Shown: piece by piece, positions 29,691 to 39,363 of the stretch
How the letters are laid out: each line of letters starts with the position of its first letter
Position numbering within the stretch: position 1 is the stretch's first letter
Sequence record: KX828711
Source of the DNA: Shigella phage SH7
Strand: one strand, 5' to 3'
Length of the DNA stretch: 64,000 nucleotides
Translations under genes and position numbers: made by a program
Notes under the pieces: generated by a model
Seen by the model: the letters and a program-made list of their open reading frames with translations, nothing else
Told to the model about the DNA's origin: nothing
The model's database searches: none

Positions 29691-30080
29691 TTAACGATTA
29701 AAATCAGCCGCAATTGTTTCCGCAACAATTTGAGCAGCAACAATTAGACGTTCATCTGCATTACCGCAATAATCATCTTCAAGGCGTTCACCGCATGAAG
29801 TCATAATAAATTTAGCACCGGCGTTTAGGGATTCTGTAGTATGTTTGCGCATTAGTTCAATCCATTTATTACTCACTTCACGATCGATAGCTTCATAATA
29901 CGCATGACGAGCAGGTGCAGATTTAATTTTGTTCTGAATAACTTCCATTGCGTTATCAGAAAGAGACAAAACCCATGCTCGACGAATTTTATTTTGGTTT
30001 TGTGGATTTGATTCAGAACGCACGTGTTTTGGCTGAATATCTTTTACATCAACAGTATAATTCACAGTAATTTTAGTCAT
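29691..30080 (-). CDS. rpbA: RNA polymerase binding protein
   Basis: 129-aa ORF between 45 and 46. Confidence 0.55.
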
Positions 30081-30089
30081 AATACACCT

Positions 30090-30290
30090 TTAGTCATAAT
30101 AATCAGTAACAGTCCAAGCTTCATTTCTATTGGACATTATTTTTGTATATTCTGCTTTAAATGCATTCCTAAGCATAGATTCAGTAACTATATGCTCTTC
30201 ATTAGAAAAATTATTTCTCAGAATATATCGTTTTATTTCAGGAATAGTTAATAGATGCTGTCCAGTTGAATATTCCATGTTTTCCTCCAT
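30090..30290 (-). CDS. small hypothetical protein
   Basis: 66-aa ORF. Confidence 0.4.
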   Translation of the reverse strand: MEENMEYSTGQHLLTIPEIKRYILRNNFSNEEHIVTESMLRNAFKAEYTKIMSNRNEAWTVTDYYD

Positions 30291-30332
30291 AGAGATTATA
30301 CTCTAATAAATTAAAGCATAATCTCTTATAAA

Positions 30333-32015
30333 TTAAACCATTACAGTAAATCGACCAACTTTCTTCATTTGAAGATGCTGACCATATGCTTGCGGGTCAT
30401 GGTCTCTATGCGAAATAACAAAAACATTAGTATTTTTTAAACTATCCAAAATAGTTGAAATAGCTTTTACACCTTCAACGTCGGTCGCTGAATCAAAAAC
30501 TTCATCAAGAATTAGTGTGTTTATTTTAACACCTGAAACTTTTTCAGCAATATCACGCCAAGTAAATAAAAGAGCAATATCAATTCGTGCTTTTTCACCT
30601 TGACTGAATGAAGCATAACTAAAATCTTCACGACCACGGGATTTAATTGTCTCATTAAATTCTTCATCTAATGTAAACACATAATCCGCTTCCATTATTT
30701 TAAGATAATGGTTAATCTGCTTATTAAATAATGGAATGTACTTTTTAATAATAGCACCTTTAATACCAGAATCTTTGAGCATATCAGTCAAAATTCCTCT
30801 GTGGTATTTTTCCATTACTAAATTAGTTTTTGTCTTAACAATTTTATCAAGTTCTTCTTGAAGCAGTGCTATTTCATCAGCATGGTCAATAAACTCAGAA
30901 GATGCTTTTTCTATAGCCGCTTTAACCTTTTTAGCTTTATCTACTGCTGCGATCAAAGATTGCTTTTTATTGCGAATATCATTTGCCAACGACTGCTGGG
31001 TTTTAATATTATCTCGGTATTCATCAACAAGAACTTTTAAATTATCACGGTGTGTTGAAAGCTGTTCAAACGAATGTGTACATTCAGAAACTTTATCTTT
31101 AATTTTAGAAACAACTTTATCACCGGAACTTAATTGTGACAAACAGGTTGGACATAATCCACCTTCATGATACATATTAATGACTTTATTATACGAGTCA
31201 ATTTTTGATTTAATTAAAACTGCTTCTTGACCGATTTTATTAAATGCATCAGTCGGGTCTTCATCTAAAACAATATTAACTAATCTTTCATTAGCTTCTT
31301 CTATTTCCGATTTTAGCGTTCTAGCTTCTTTTGCCAAATCATCATACATATTTTGTAGACGAGTAAGGTTGTCACCAGTTAATTTTTTCTGGCGTTCAAC
31401 GTTATCATTATATATTTTAATTTGTTGGATAATACTATCTTTTTTAACATCAAGCACTTGGTTTTGTGAATTTAATTCGCGTATTAGTGCTTTATTAAGC
31501 TTATCCATTTCAGCTAATGTTCCTACCTCAAGCAAGTCTTCCACAAGCTTTCTTCGCGCAGGGGTCGACAAACCCATGAAAGGGGTATACCCTGCTGTAC
31601 CAAGGACAACAATCTGCTTGAAACTGGCATATGACATTCCGATAAGCTGTTCAAATTCTGCTTGGAAATCTTTACTGCTGGCAGATTCATTAAGACGTGT
31701 ACCGTTAACGGTGATTTCGAAAACGTTCGGTTTTTGTCCTCTTTTGATATAGTACTTTTTCTCATCATATTCCATCCACAGTTCAACTAAAAGTTCTTTC
31801 TTATTTGTGCTGTTTATTAATTGACCTTTCTTTACATCACGAAATGGCTTTCCAAAAAGCCCAAATGTGATGGCTTCTAACATAGTAGACTTACCACCGC
31901 CATTTCGGCCAGTAATAAGAGTTTTTTGAACCTTATCTAATTGAATGTCAATAGGATTTCCACCTACTGACATTATATTTTGATACCTAACTCGGTTTAG
32001 TTTAAAATTCTTCAC
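30333..32015 (-). CDS. 46: recombination nuclease ATPase subunit (Rad50/SbcC-like)
   Basis: 560 aa; Walker A GRNGGGKST, coiled-coil zinc hook CPTC, signature LSQGE, Walker B LILDE. Confidence 0.9.
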   Translation of the reverse strand: MKNFKLNRVRYQNIMSVGGNPIDIQLDKVQKTLITGRNGGGKSTMLEAITFGLFGKPFRDVKKGQLINSTNKKELLVELWMEYDEKKYYIKRGQKPNVFEITVNGTRLNESASSKDFQAEFEQLIGMSYASFKQIVVLGTAGYTPFMGLSTPARRKLVEDLLEVGTLAEMDKLNKALIRELNSQNQVLDVKKDSIIQQIKIYNDNVERQKKLTGDNLTRLQNMYDDLAKEARTLKSEIEEANERLVNIVLDEDPTDAFNKIGQEAVLIKSKIDSYNKVINMYHEGGLCPTCLSQLSSGDKVVSKIKDKVSECTHSFEQLSTHRDNLKVLVDEYRDNIKTQQSLANDIRNKKQSLIAAVDKAKKVKAAIEKASSEFIDHADEIALLQEELDKIVKTKTNLVMEKYHRGILTDMLKDSGIKGAIIKKYIPLFNKQINHYLKIMEADYVFTLDEEFNETIKSRGREDFSYASFSQGEKARIDIALLFTWRDIAEKVSGVKINTLILDEVFDSATDVEGVKAISTILDSLKNTNVFVISHRDHDPQAYGQHLQMKKVGRFTVMV

Positions 32016-32275
32016 AAAAGATTCCTTTTAATGTATCTTTTAGACCATTCTATCATATCATCATAATCTAAAAAGTATTCATCAAATTCAGCCATGCAAA
32101 CAACACCTTGTGCTGCTTTTGATGTGATATAAATTATTCCAACATATCTAGAATCTTCTTCGGTGTAATCAATATTTGCTATGAATTCATCATTAATGTC
32201 AAATGTCGAAAACTTCACAGTATGCATCCTTAATACAAGATACAGCCATATCTTGTAATGATTTAGGTGTGTCAT
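32012..32275 (-). CDS. small hypothetical protein
   Basis: 87-aa ORF; partly overlaps next ORF. Confidence 0.35.
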   Translation of the reverse strand: MTHLNHYKIWLYLVLRMHTVKFSTFDINDEFIANIDYTEEDSRYVGIIYITSKAAQGVVCMAEFDEYFLDYDDMIEWSKRYIKRNLL

Positions 32276-32462
32276 TATCTAAAATGTTGAAGTTAAAAGA
32301 TACAGCCCAGTCAGTGCAGACTGTAACCTTTTTAATACAATTATCTTCAACCTCTAGCGGTTCAAACCAATATTCAATAATTTCTTTATGCCCAATATCA
32401 TCTTTTACTTCACATTCAAAATGCTGACTCATCATAACATTTTTAAATTCATCAAAAGTCAT
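32199..32462 (-). CDS. small hypothetical protein
   Basis: 87-aa ORF. Confidence 0.4.
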   Translation of the reverse strand: MTFDEFKNVMMSQHFECEVKDDIGHKEIIEYWFEPLEVEDNCIKKVTVCTDWAVSFNFNILDNDTPKSLQDMAVSCIKDAYCEVFDI

Positions 32463-33478
32463 TGTGTTGCCTCTACATATAGCTGATTTGCATATTGAAT
32501 AAGTGCTTCACGATCAGAATCAGTGATGTCTGGAATTGCATTAATATACTCTTCCATTAATGTCTGAAGCGATTGAACTTCAACTTCTTCACTGTCATCT
32601 GACTCGACAGAGTTATCAATCTTTGACACAACTCGTAATGAATGCACAACTTTCTCTAGTTCAGATTCGAACTTCGTCAGATTTTTGTCTACTTCAGTTA
32701 CTATAACACGTACTGATAGATTTGTAAAATCTTTATAGTCAATTTTTCCTTTAAATGGATAATGAATTCTACGGTGCCAGGTAGTATTGTTTGGAATAAA
32801 TTCCATTCGTTCTGTTTCTGTATCAAACATCCAGAACCCACGAGGGTCATTCTCGTCACCTGCAGTTAGTGTCCATGGTGTCCCAATATATCTGACGTTA
32901 GCAGCCTCAGAGATAGTATGGAAGTGACCAGACCACACCTCTTTATAAGTCTTAAGGAAATCAGGTTCAAGACCGTGAGATTTCATTCCTTTATAAAAAT
33001 AAAATCCATTCAGCTCCCAGTGACCAACACAAAAAGAAGCAGATGAAGTTTTGATATGCTCAAGAATTTCACCAGTATTTTCTTCGCACATCCAAGGAAT
33101 TAAATCAATTAAACATCCGTCAAAATCTACTGTAGTAGGCTTATCATATACTTTAACATTAGGATATTTAGCCAAAAGCTCAGTAGAGGCATTTGGAGTT
33201 AAAGTATTTTTAAAGTGCATATCATGGTTTCCTACAACAGTATGTAGGGTAATACCAGCATCATCAAGCATTTGAACTATTTCACGAGCGAATTCCATAG
33301 TTTTATGCGTGATTGCTTTTCGCACATCAAAAATATCGCCATATTGAATCCAGGTAGTAATTCCATTTTTCTTAGAATATTCTATGGCTTGTTTAATTCC
33401 ATCCAACTGAATGGATTGAACCCACTCATCATCAGCTTTAACGCCTAAATGCCAATCACCTAAATTTAAAATTTTCAT
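32459..33478 (-). CDS. 47: recombination nuclease (Mre11/SbcD-like phosphoesterase)
   Basis: 339 aa; metallophosphatase motifs DWHLG, GDIFD, GNHD. Confidence 0.85.
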   Translation of the reverse strand: MKILNLGDWHLGVKADDEWVQSIQLDGIKQAIEYSKKNGITTWIQYGDIFDVRKAITHKTMEFAREIVQMLDDAGITLHTVVGNHDMHFKNTLTPNASTELLAKYPNVKVYDKPTTVDFDGCLIDLIPWMCEENTGEILEHIKTSSASFCVGHWELNGFYFYKGMKSHGLEPDFLKTYKEVWSGHFHTISEAANVRYIGTPWTLTAGDENDPRGFWMFDTETERMEFIPNNTTWHRRIHYPFKGKIDYKDFTNLSVRVIVTEVDKNLTKFESELEKVVHSLRVVSKIDNSVESDDSEEVEVQSLQTLMEEYINAIPDITDSDREALIQYANQLYVEATQ

Positions 33479-33615
33479 ATATCAAGAACCGTCATTGAAA
33501 TGCAAAATAAAATTATTGAAATAAATCCATCTGGAGTGCTAAAGAACCCAATCCAACATGCTCTAGTGAATAGATAAAATGCAAGAAAAAGTATCACATA
33601 TCCAAAAAATATCAT
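33477..33615 (-). CDS. 46-aa hydrophobic peptide
   Basis: own translation MIFFGYVILFLAFYLF...; ATGA overlap with gene 47 start. Confidence 0.25.
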
Positions 33616-33638
33616 TATATCAAACTCCGTATAAAGCT
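33614..33638 (-). promoter_or_regulatory. middle-type promoter (AGCTTTA, 12 nt, TATAAT) directly after hairpin
   Basis: same hairpin-plus-promoter architecture as at 4292..4334. Confidence 0.4.
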
Positions 33639-33656
33639 AAAGGGCCGAAGCCCTTT
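33639..33656 (-). terminator. UUCG-tetraloop hairpin 3' of alpha-gt
   Basis: aaagggc-cgaa-gcccttt. Confidence 0.6.
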
Positions 33657-34857
33657 ATTTTGTAATAATGTCAAACTGTTCTTTAAAGCAGAAGCTTGAA
33701 TCTTGATGCTGATACAAAAATTCATATGCTTTTTCTCGCTCACGGTCATAAAGAGTTCGGTCAGATGACAGTTCTTTAATACGCTCGAATGTTGATTCCA
33801 TGTCATTTTCATCAAACCAAATGATACCGCTATCATGCGAGGTCAAAGGAGTATTATCAACACGGAATTTTAAATTTTCGCCAGTAGATTTCCAAAATAC
33901 CGGAATTGTTCCACATGCACCAAGCTCGAGATGAGTATATTCTAAAGAGCGCTGTAGATATTTTTTATCCAACTTACTCAACTGATAACCAAATCCGGAT
34001 TTACTCATGCGTTCAAGCATTTCGCTATTTACATAACGGTCAAGAATTTGCGTTGGCAAATTAGGAGCAATTTTAATTTGGTCTACTTGATGAAGACGAT
34101 AATACTCGTATGGAATTCCTTTTTCTTTAATAGGAATGAATGCTGGAGAACGTTCCAGACCTTCCATAATAGTACTTAGTCCTGCAGGTTTAAGATGTTT
34201 TTCGTGAAAATCAAACATCTGGTAAAAACCTTTCCATGTAGTCGTACGACCAATCCATCGATTGACATTCATGTTAATTTCAGAAACATCTTTCCAGTAG
34301 GTTGACCGAACCTTCGCAATATCCATAGGAGGCTGAAAGTTATATACGGTCGGCGCTTCTTCAATATCATCAAACAGAGAAACAGTTTCTGGATACCATT
34401 CTTTCATCAGAACTTTATTAAAATCACCATTATCAGAATGGCTAAAAATAACATCAGCTCGACGAACAGTTTCTTCTAATCCCAAATTTCGGCGCAAAGA
34501 AAGAGAAGAGTGGTCATGTTGATAAACTACAACACGAACCGAAGGTTTAATGTTATCAATAATTTTTTTATAGTTATTAATAGTGTCTTCTTCAACTGAA
34601 GTAGCAGGAACTGAATTGATAATTAGAATATCACAATCATTTACCAGCTTAAGTGTTTTATCGTATTCTTTTGCCAATAAAACCGGAATTGAAAATGATT
34701 TATAATCATGTGCACAGTTACGAGTAAATGATTTATCTTTAGCATAAACCAAAGTTACTTCATGACCATTTTTAATAAACCAATCACGTTGCTCAAGAGA
34801 AAATTTAGTTACACCACAACCTTCAAGACCCCGAGCCATAAAAATACATACTTTCAT
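33655..34857 (-). CDS. a-gt: DNA alpha-glucosyltransferase
   Basis: 400 aa; size identical to T4 alpha-gt; GT-B-like. Confidence 0.7.
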   Translation of the reverse strand: MKVCIFMARGLEGCGVTKFSLEQRDWFIKNGHEVTLVYAKDKSFTRNCAHDYKSFSIPVLLAKEYDKTLKLVNDCDILIINSVPATSVEEDTINNYKKIIDNIKPSVRVVVYQHDHSSLSLRRNLGLEETVRRADVIFSHSDNGDFNKVLMKEWYPETVSLFDDIEEAPTVYNFQPPMDIAKVRSTYWKDVSEINMNVNRWIGRTTTWKGFYQMFDFHEKHLKPAGLSTIMEGLERSPAFIPIKEKGIPYEYYRLHQVDQIKIAPNLPTQILDRYVNSEMLERMSKSGFGYQLSKLDKKYLQRSLEYTHLELGACGTIPVFWKSTGENLKFRVDNTPLTSHDSGIIWFDENDMESTFERIKELSSDRTLYDREREKAYEFLYQHQDSSFCFKEQFDIITK

Positions 34858-34881
34858 TTAATATCCTCATTGTTTTGGTTT

Positions 34882-34905
34882 ATTTTACCAAAAATTTATA
34901 AAGCA
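34882..34905 (-). promoter_or_regulatory. middle promoter (MotA box TGCTTTA, 11 nt, TAAAAT) for alpha-gt
   Basis: minus strand tATTGCTTTAtaaatttttggTAAAAT. Confidence 0.45.
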
Positions 34906-34910
34906 ATATA

Positions 34911-34924
34911 GGAGCCGAAGCTCC
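34911..34924 (-). terminator. UUCG-tetraloop hairpin
   Basis: ggagc-cgaa-gctcc. Confidence 0.55.
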
Positions 34925-35097
34925 TATCCGCATAATACGCCATACAAAGGCTCATTAGAGCTTCTAAATTTTCTGTGCTTATATGTTATAGTTCCTTCTG
35001 CTTTAGCTTTATCATGAGACTCTTTAAAGCGTCTCATCATTTCTACTTTAGAGGAACGAATTTTATTATAATCTATTTCAGAAGTCTGGGTGTTCAT
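34924..35097 (-). CDS. 57-aa basic peptide
   Basis: own translation MNTQTSEIDYNKIRSSKVEMMRRFKESHDK...; not in track. Confidence 0.3.
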   Translation of the reverse strand: MNTQTSEIDYNKIRSSKVEMMRRFKESHDKAKAEGTITYKHRKFRSSNEPLYGVLCG

Positions 35098-35100
35098 CTT

Positions 35101-35307
35101 TCATAACTGCCACCATTTTTTGACTTGATAAGAATCAACCCACACTTTCATATTAGGGTCTGCTCTTACAATAGGAGGATTAACTTCTTTAATTGAACTA
35201 TCATGGTATTCTTTTTCAGAAATTTTCACACAAAGATGACCATTCAAAGATTCAGTAAATCCTGCATTAATTTTAAGACGCTTGAATTTTACGTGTGTAA
35301 GCATCAA
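35101..35307 (-). CDS. small hypothetical protein
   Basis: 68-aa ORF. Confidence 0.35.
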   Translation of the reverse strand: MMLTHVKFKRLKINAGFTESLNGHLCVKISEKEYHDSSIKEVNPPIVRADPNMKVWVDSYQVKKWWQL

Positions 35308-35590
35308 TCATATCCTCAATTTGCGATCTAGTAGTCTTCCAAAGAATACTGATGAGTTCATCGTTATATGGCTGTTTTAGAATATCCCGACTTTTCTTGA
35401 TAGCATATTCGTATTGAGCAAAATTATTATTTTCAGCTGCGATCTGAGCGTGCTTATAAAGACGATTCAGTTCGCGTTTGTTTTTAGACAATAACTTATT
35501 TGCTTTTCTTTCTGCTTCAAGACGGTTCTTTTCTTCAATAGAAGAAATAAGCTTTTCCACTTCATCATTAATTTCGGGTTTATCAGTCAT
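35273..35590 (-). CDS. hypothetical helical protein
   Basis: 105-aa ORF. Confidence 0.4.
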   Translation of the reverse strand: MTDKPEINDEVEKLISSIEEKNRLEAERKANKLLSKNKRELNRLYKHAQIAAENNNFAQYEYAIKKSRDILKQPYNDELISILWKTTRSQIEDMIDAYTRKIQAS

Positions 35591-35591
35591 A

Positions 35592-35810
35592 TTATTTCTC
35601 TAATATAAAATAAAAATCATCATCTGTTAAATGATACCGATAATTTAATTCTACACCATTAGATTTAAAAGCGGTATCATACGGATTTTCTGGATCAATA
35701 TCAATGTCAAGAGCTAAAACTTCCCTGAGATACATTTTAAGTAAATAGGGAATAGCTTCAACTTCAGGTATTTCTTCCAAGAATCCGGAGAGGTTAATCG
35801 TTAGCCTCAT
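35592..35810 (-). CDS. small hypothetical protein
   Basis: 72-aa ORF. Confidence 0.4.
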
Positions 35811-36357
35811 ATAAAAAATCCAAACTAGGAGAATCGTCTACAACACTTTTCTTTTCAGCCCCCGGTGTTCTATAGGTTGATTCTTCGTAATGCGTCATTT
35901 TATCGTAGATGTCTTGAATAAAAGTTTCATCTACTAACGCAACCATATCGTCGTCACGACTGTCATAGACATTGTGAACGAAGTAACTATATTTCTTTGC
36001 AACTTCCTTACGTTCTTTTTTAATACGTTGGACGAATGCATTAAAACAAGCTTGAGTTATATACGCATGTGGGTTTTTATATTTCGTTTCATCAAAATTA
36101 TGAAGCCCCTTAATAGAAGCTTCTATACCATCTGCAATCATTTCTTGTTTCCAAGACTGGGTGTATCCTGAAAAGTTGAAACGTTTAGATAAGCCTTCTG
36201 CAATAAGCATAATGGCTAATCCGATAGTATCATTTTGACGAACTACTTTATTTGGGTCTTTATTATTTGCTAATTCTGTTTTCCAATCAATAATAGCTTG
36301 TAAAAGCTCTTTATTGTTTACGTAATTATATTTAGGCTTAGTTTCTGACATTTTCAC
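35794..36357 (-). CDS. 55: late-transcription sigma factor
   Basis: 187 aa; size and position match T4 gp55. Confidence 0.75.
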
Positions 36358-36429
36358 CTCTTAGCTCAATTCATAGATCTATTATATCATAATATTTGAA
36401 GATCTATCTTAAAGCATAGAGGATATCAG

Positions 36430-36699
36430 TTATCTAAGTAAGCAGTATGCTTGGAACACTTTCTCCATCATCTTTTTAAATTCATGAATATCTATATAAT
36501 GACTAGTTAAATCAGCATGATATAAAAAGTCTAAAAACTTTTCATGCGTGCTAACATATTCACTTTCATTTAATTCAGAAACATGACTTTCCCAATATCC
36601 AACACCAGTCTTATTTGGGAAAAATGAAATTTTCATGTATTGGTCAACATAGAAAATGCCATAATTTTCAATAGTAATAGAAATATTAATAAATTTCAT
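36430..36699 (-). CDS. hypothetical protein
   Basis: 89-aa ORF. Confidence 0.4.
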   Translation of the reverse strand: MKFINISITIENYGIFYVDQYMKISFFPNKTGVGYWESHVSELNESEYVSTHEKFLDFLYHADLTSHYIDIHEFKKMMEKVFQAYCLLR

Positions 36700-36917
36700 A
36701 CATTCATCAACTTAGCCGCTTCAAGAGCTGCATCTAGTGAATCAAATTGGTCAACATATTCAATCAATTCGCCATAATTGGCATATAACCACCATTGGCT
36801 AAATTCATACTCAAGGATGAATCCATTTCCTTCAATTTGAGTTAAACCAATGCCATTTGTATTTACTTCATATCCGGCAAGACGCAAATCGTTAATAAGA
36901 GCTTCGTTCATATTCAT
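36696..36917 (-). CDS. small hypothetical protein
   Basis: 73-aa ORF. Confidence 0.4.
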   Translation of the reverse strand: MNMNEALINDLRLAGYEVNTNGIGLTQIEGNGFILEYEFSQWWLYANYGELIEYVDQFDSLDAALEAAKLMNV

Positions 36918-37240
36918 ACCTTAGCAATTTTCAGGTCAGCAAATTTTTTCTTGCGTTGATTTTTCATACGACGAATAGTTTTATCGGAAATTTCATGCTT
37001 TTGATAAGCTTTAGATTCTACACCAAAAGCTTTAACATCAAATTCTGACAAGATATATTGAACCAACAATTCACGGACAGTATTGCGTCCAATCTTCTGA
37101 TCATTCTGTTTCATCGTCTGATGAAGCTCTTTTTCCCATTTATCCAAAATTTGAGGAGTTACAATATCGCCTTTTTCTAGCAAAGAAACTACTTTATCAT
37201 ATGCGTAAGAATTAATGACGTTTTTAATTTGAATAGTCAT
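36914..37240 (-). CDS. hypothetical protein
   Basis: 108-aa ORF. Confidence 0.4.
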   Translation of the reverse strand: MTIQIKNVINSYAYDKVVSLLEKGDIVTPQILDKWEKELHQTMKQNDQKIGRNTVRELLVQYILSEFDVKAFGVESKAYQKHEISDKTIRRMKNQRKKKFADLKIAKV

Positions 37241-37279
37241 ACATTATCCTCAATTACGTTAAAATTTTATTATCCAAAA

Positions 37280-37295
37280 AAGGGCCGAAGCCCTT
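37280..37295 (-). terminator. UUCG-tetraloop hairpin followed by U-run
   Basis: aagggc-cgaa-gccctt then T6 on minus strand. Confidence 0.6.
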
Positions 37296-37494
37296 AGCTA
37301 AACTTTTTTGCACCCTTCCAGCCTTCATACATCATTGCGGCTGATATTAATATTGCTCCTGAGCAACTTGAATATTTGTGATTCCAAAACCAGTTTAGAA
37401 AAACTTCGTCATCAATACCTTGTGCTATCATATTTTCAAAGAATTGACGACGAGCTTCGGCAATTCGCTGCGATAATTTAGATTCAGGATTCAT
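37294..37494 (-). CDS. small hypothetical protein
   Basis: 66-aa ORF. Confidence 0.4.
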   Translation of the reverse strand: MNPESKLSQRIAEARRQFFENMIAQGIDDEVFLNWFWNHKYSSCSGAILISAAMMYEGWKGAKKFS

Positions 37495-37626
37495 TTAAAT
37501 TTCCCAATTGCCATTTTCATCAATAAATTTAATCCAGTCATTTACTGACCACTTAGTTGTATCGCCTTTTGGAGTAACATTTAAAGTGTATAATCCTTGC
37601 TTAAAAAGCATTCGTTTGATATTCAT
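37495..37626 (-). CDS. 43-aa peptide
   Basis: own translation MNIKRMLFKQGLYTLNVTPKGD...; GAGG SD 7 nt upstream. Confidence 0.3.
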   Translation of the reverse strand: MNIKRMLFKQGLYTLNVTPKGDTTKWSVNDWIKFIDENGNWEI

Positions 37627-37633
37627 ATTTTCC

Positions 37634-37927
37634 TCAGCTGTAACGATAACACTCGTTTGATTTACGTTTAGCAACTAGTTGAGAAGTATTATAATCAAAA
37701 TCGTCATCAATGTAAACTGATTTTTTCAACTTTCTTACTTCACCACGTAATTGACGATTTAACTCATCTTTAACTTCTGAATCAATGCCTTTCATTCTAC
37801 GCCATTTATCTGAGCGAAAAATGTTTTCAACCATATCTTTATGACTTACACCATCAGGAGCTTTACGCTTTCCGAAATAGTCATAATCACGAACTTTCAA
37901 GTCTTTACGACGATACGTTTTACCCAT
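37634..37927 (-). CDS. basic hypothetical protein
   Basis: start at internal Met MGKTYRRK (ATGGGTAA overlap with upstream ORF stop). Confidence 0.4.
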   Translation of the reverse strand: MGKTYRRKDLKVRDYDYFGKRKAPDGVSHKDMVENIFRSDKWRRMKGIDSEVKDELNRQLRGEVRKLKKSVYIDDDFDYNTSQLVAKRKSNECYRYS

Positions 37928-38096
37928 GGAGTTTAATTTCCTTAGCAACTGAACTAAATACAGCACGATCGCAAATCATCTGTTTATTCCATTTAAGTAC
38001 AGTATAATGAACATCTAGATCATCTACTGCTGTAACAATAACAATATGTCCGTTAACACGATAATACTGATCTCTTTTAATCTCTTTATCAACCAT
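37920..38096 (-). CDS. 58-aa hypothetical protein
   Basis: own translation MVDKEIKRDQYYRVNGHIVIV...; early promoter upstream. Confidence 0.4.
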   Translation of the reverse strand: MVDKEIKRDQYYRVNGHIVIVTAVDDLDVHYTVLKWNKQMICDRAVFSSVAKEIKLHG

Positions 38097-38126
38097 ATCA
38101 AATCCTCAAAGGCAATTCATATGTTA

Positions 38127-38156
38127 ATAATACCACAGTTTGAACTTGTTGTAAAC
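38127..38156 (-). promoter_or_regulatory. early promoter (GTTTACA, 17 nt, TATTAT)
   Basis: sequence. Confidence 0.5.
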
Positions 38157-38237
38157 AACTTTGTGAAAATTATTTTAGGGAACGATAAGAAGGGAACGAT
38201 AGCTTAGAATGGTAATATACAGAATGTGAGAAAGAAA

Positions 38238-38251
38238 GGCCCAGAGGGCCC
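38238..38251 (-). terminator. GC hairpin followed by U-rich tract, 3' of nrdH
   Basis: ggccc-aga-gggcc. Confidence 0.5.
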
Positions 38252-38254
38252 GTC

Positions 38255-38563
38255 TTAATCTTCTATGATATCTCTATCATATCCAAGTGAAATGAGAGTT
38301 TCTTTGAAGTGTTTAATGTTCTTTTGTCTAGAATCATTAATGAAAATGACTGGATAACGAATGTTAAGAGATGTGAATCCAGCGCGTTTAGCAAGAGATA
38401 CAATCAGTGGACGATCATACTCAATCTTACCATTATTTGTAAGAACTTTATAGAAAGTAAAAGGAGCATTGAGCTCCTTTAGAAGTTTTGTAACTGATTG
38501 ACATCCAGGACAACGACCTACTTCATCTGGAATTCCATAGACTTCAATCTTGTTTTGTTTCAC
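38255..38563 (-). CDS. nrdH: glutaredoxin-like protein
   Basis: 102 aa; CPGC redox motif; adjacent to nrdG/nrdD. Confidence 0.65.
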   Translation of the reverse strand: MKQNKIEVYGIPDEVGRCPGCQSVTKLLKELNAPFTFYKVLTNNGKIEYDRPLIVSLAKRAGFTSLNIRYPVIFINDSRQKNIKHFKETLISLGYDRDIIED

Positions 38564-38565
38564 AA

Positions 38566-38802
38566 CTATTCCTTACTAAGAGCAGCATTCAGCTTGTTAG
38601 TAATTTTATCCAGACGCTCATTAAACTCGCTAGAAGATAAGCCTTTTTCTGGAGAAATTAAGCTAATCACGAAAAATATAGCAATAAAAGGAATAAGAAA
38701 AATAGCACCAACTGCCATAAACAAAAAGAACGTTACAGTTGTAAGAAAATCAGCTAAACCTTTACGAAATTTATACATATTTACCCTTAATTGATTAACC
38801 AA
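38566..38802 (-). CDS. small membrane protein
   Basis: 78-aa ORF, one strong TM segment. Confidence 0.4.
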   Translation of the reverse strand: MVNQLRVNMYKFRKGLADFLTTVTFFLFMAVGAIFLIPFIAIFFVISLISPEKGLSSSEFNERLDKITNKLNAALSKE

Positions 38803-38892
38803 GCATTGATAAGCACTAAACTATACTGCGAATAAAATTCTGGACCAAAATGAAAAATCATATCATTTATAGTGTCCATAATATAATTCAAT

Positions 38893-39363
38893 TTAATCAT
38901 GTTTCCACACCCCATCGGTATTTGACCAAAGTCGCTGATTATCTGATCCTCGCCACAACTTTTTGGTCGGAAGATTTTTCTCATATTTCCCATCAATAAT
39001 AACATCAACATATTTAAGCATTTCTAGTTGTTTAATATCTTCAAACTTATATCCTGTCCACAACCAAATGCTTTTATTGGGATAAAGATTTTTTACTGTT
39101 TGAACAATGCAATGAACAACATCTCGGTTATCAGGATAGAGAGGGTCTCCTCCAGTTATAGTTAATCCTTCTATATAATCATTATTCAAACATTCAATTA
39201 ATTGTTCCAGTGTTTCACCAGTGAATGGAACGCCATTTCTAGCATTCCACGTTGATTTATTATAACACCCTTCGCATTTATGCAAACAACCTGTAACGAA
39301 AAGAACGACCCTGCATCCAGGGCCATTCACAAAATCGCAAGGATAAAATCTATCATAATTCAT
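38893..39363 (-). CDS. nrdG: anaerobic ribonucleotide reductase activating protein (radical SAM)
   Basis: 156 aa; CLHKCEGC cluster. Confidence 0.85.
   Translation of the reverse strand: MNYDRFYPCDFVNGPGCRVVLFVTGCLHKCEGCYNKSTWNARNGVPFTGETLEQLIECLNNDYIEGLTITGGDPLYPDNRDVVHCIVQTVKNLYPNKSIWLWTGYKFEDIKQLEMLKYVDVIIDGKYEKNLPTKKLWRGSDNQRLWSNTDGVWKHD

Noticed and set aside
36361-36420. MotA-box middle promoter for gene 55
   Set aside because: A TGCTTTA box is present, but the nearest -10-like hexamer is 18 nt away rather than the 11-13 nt required; not called.
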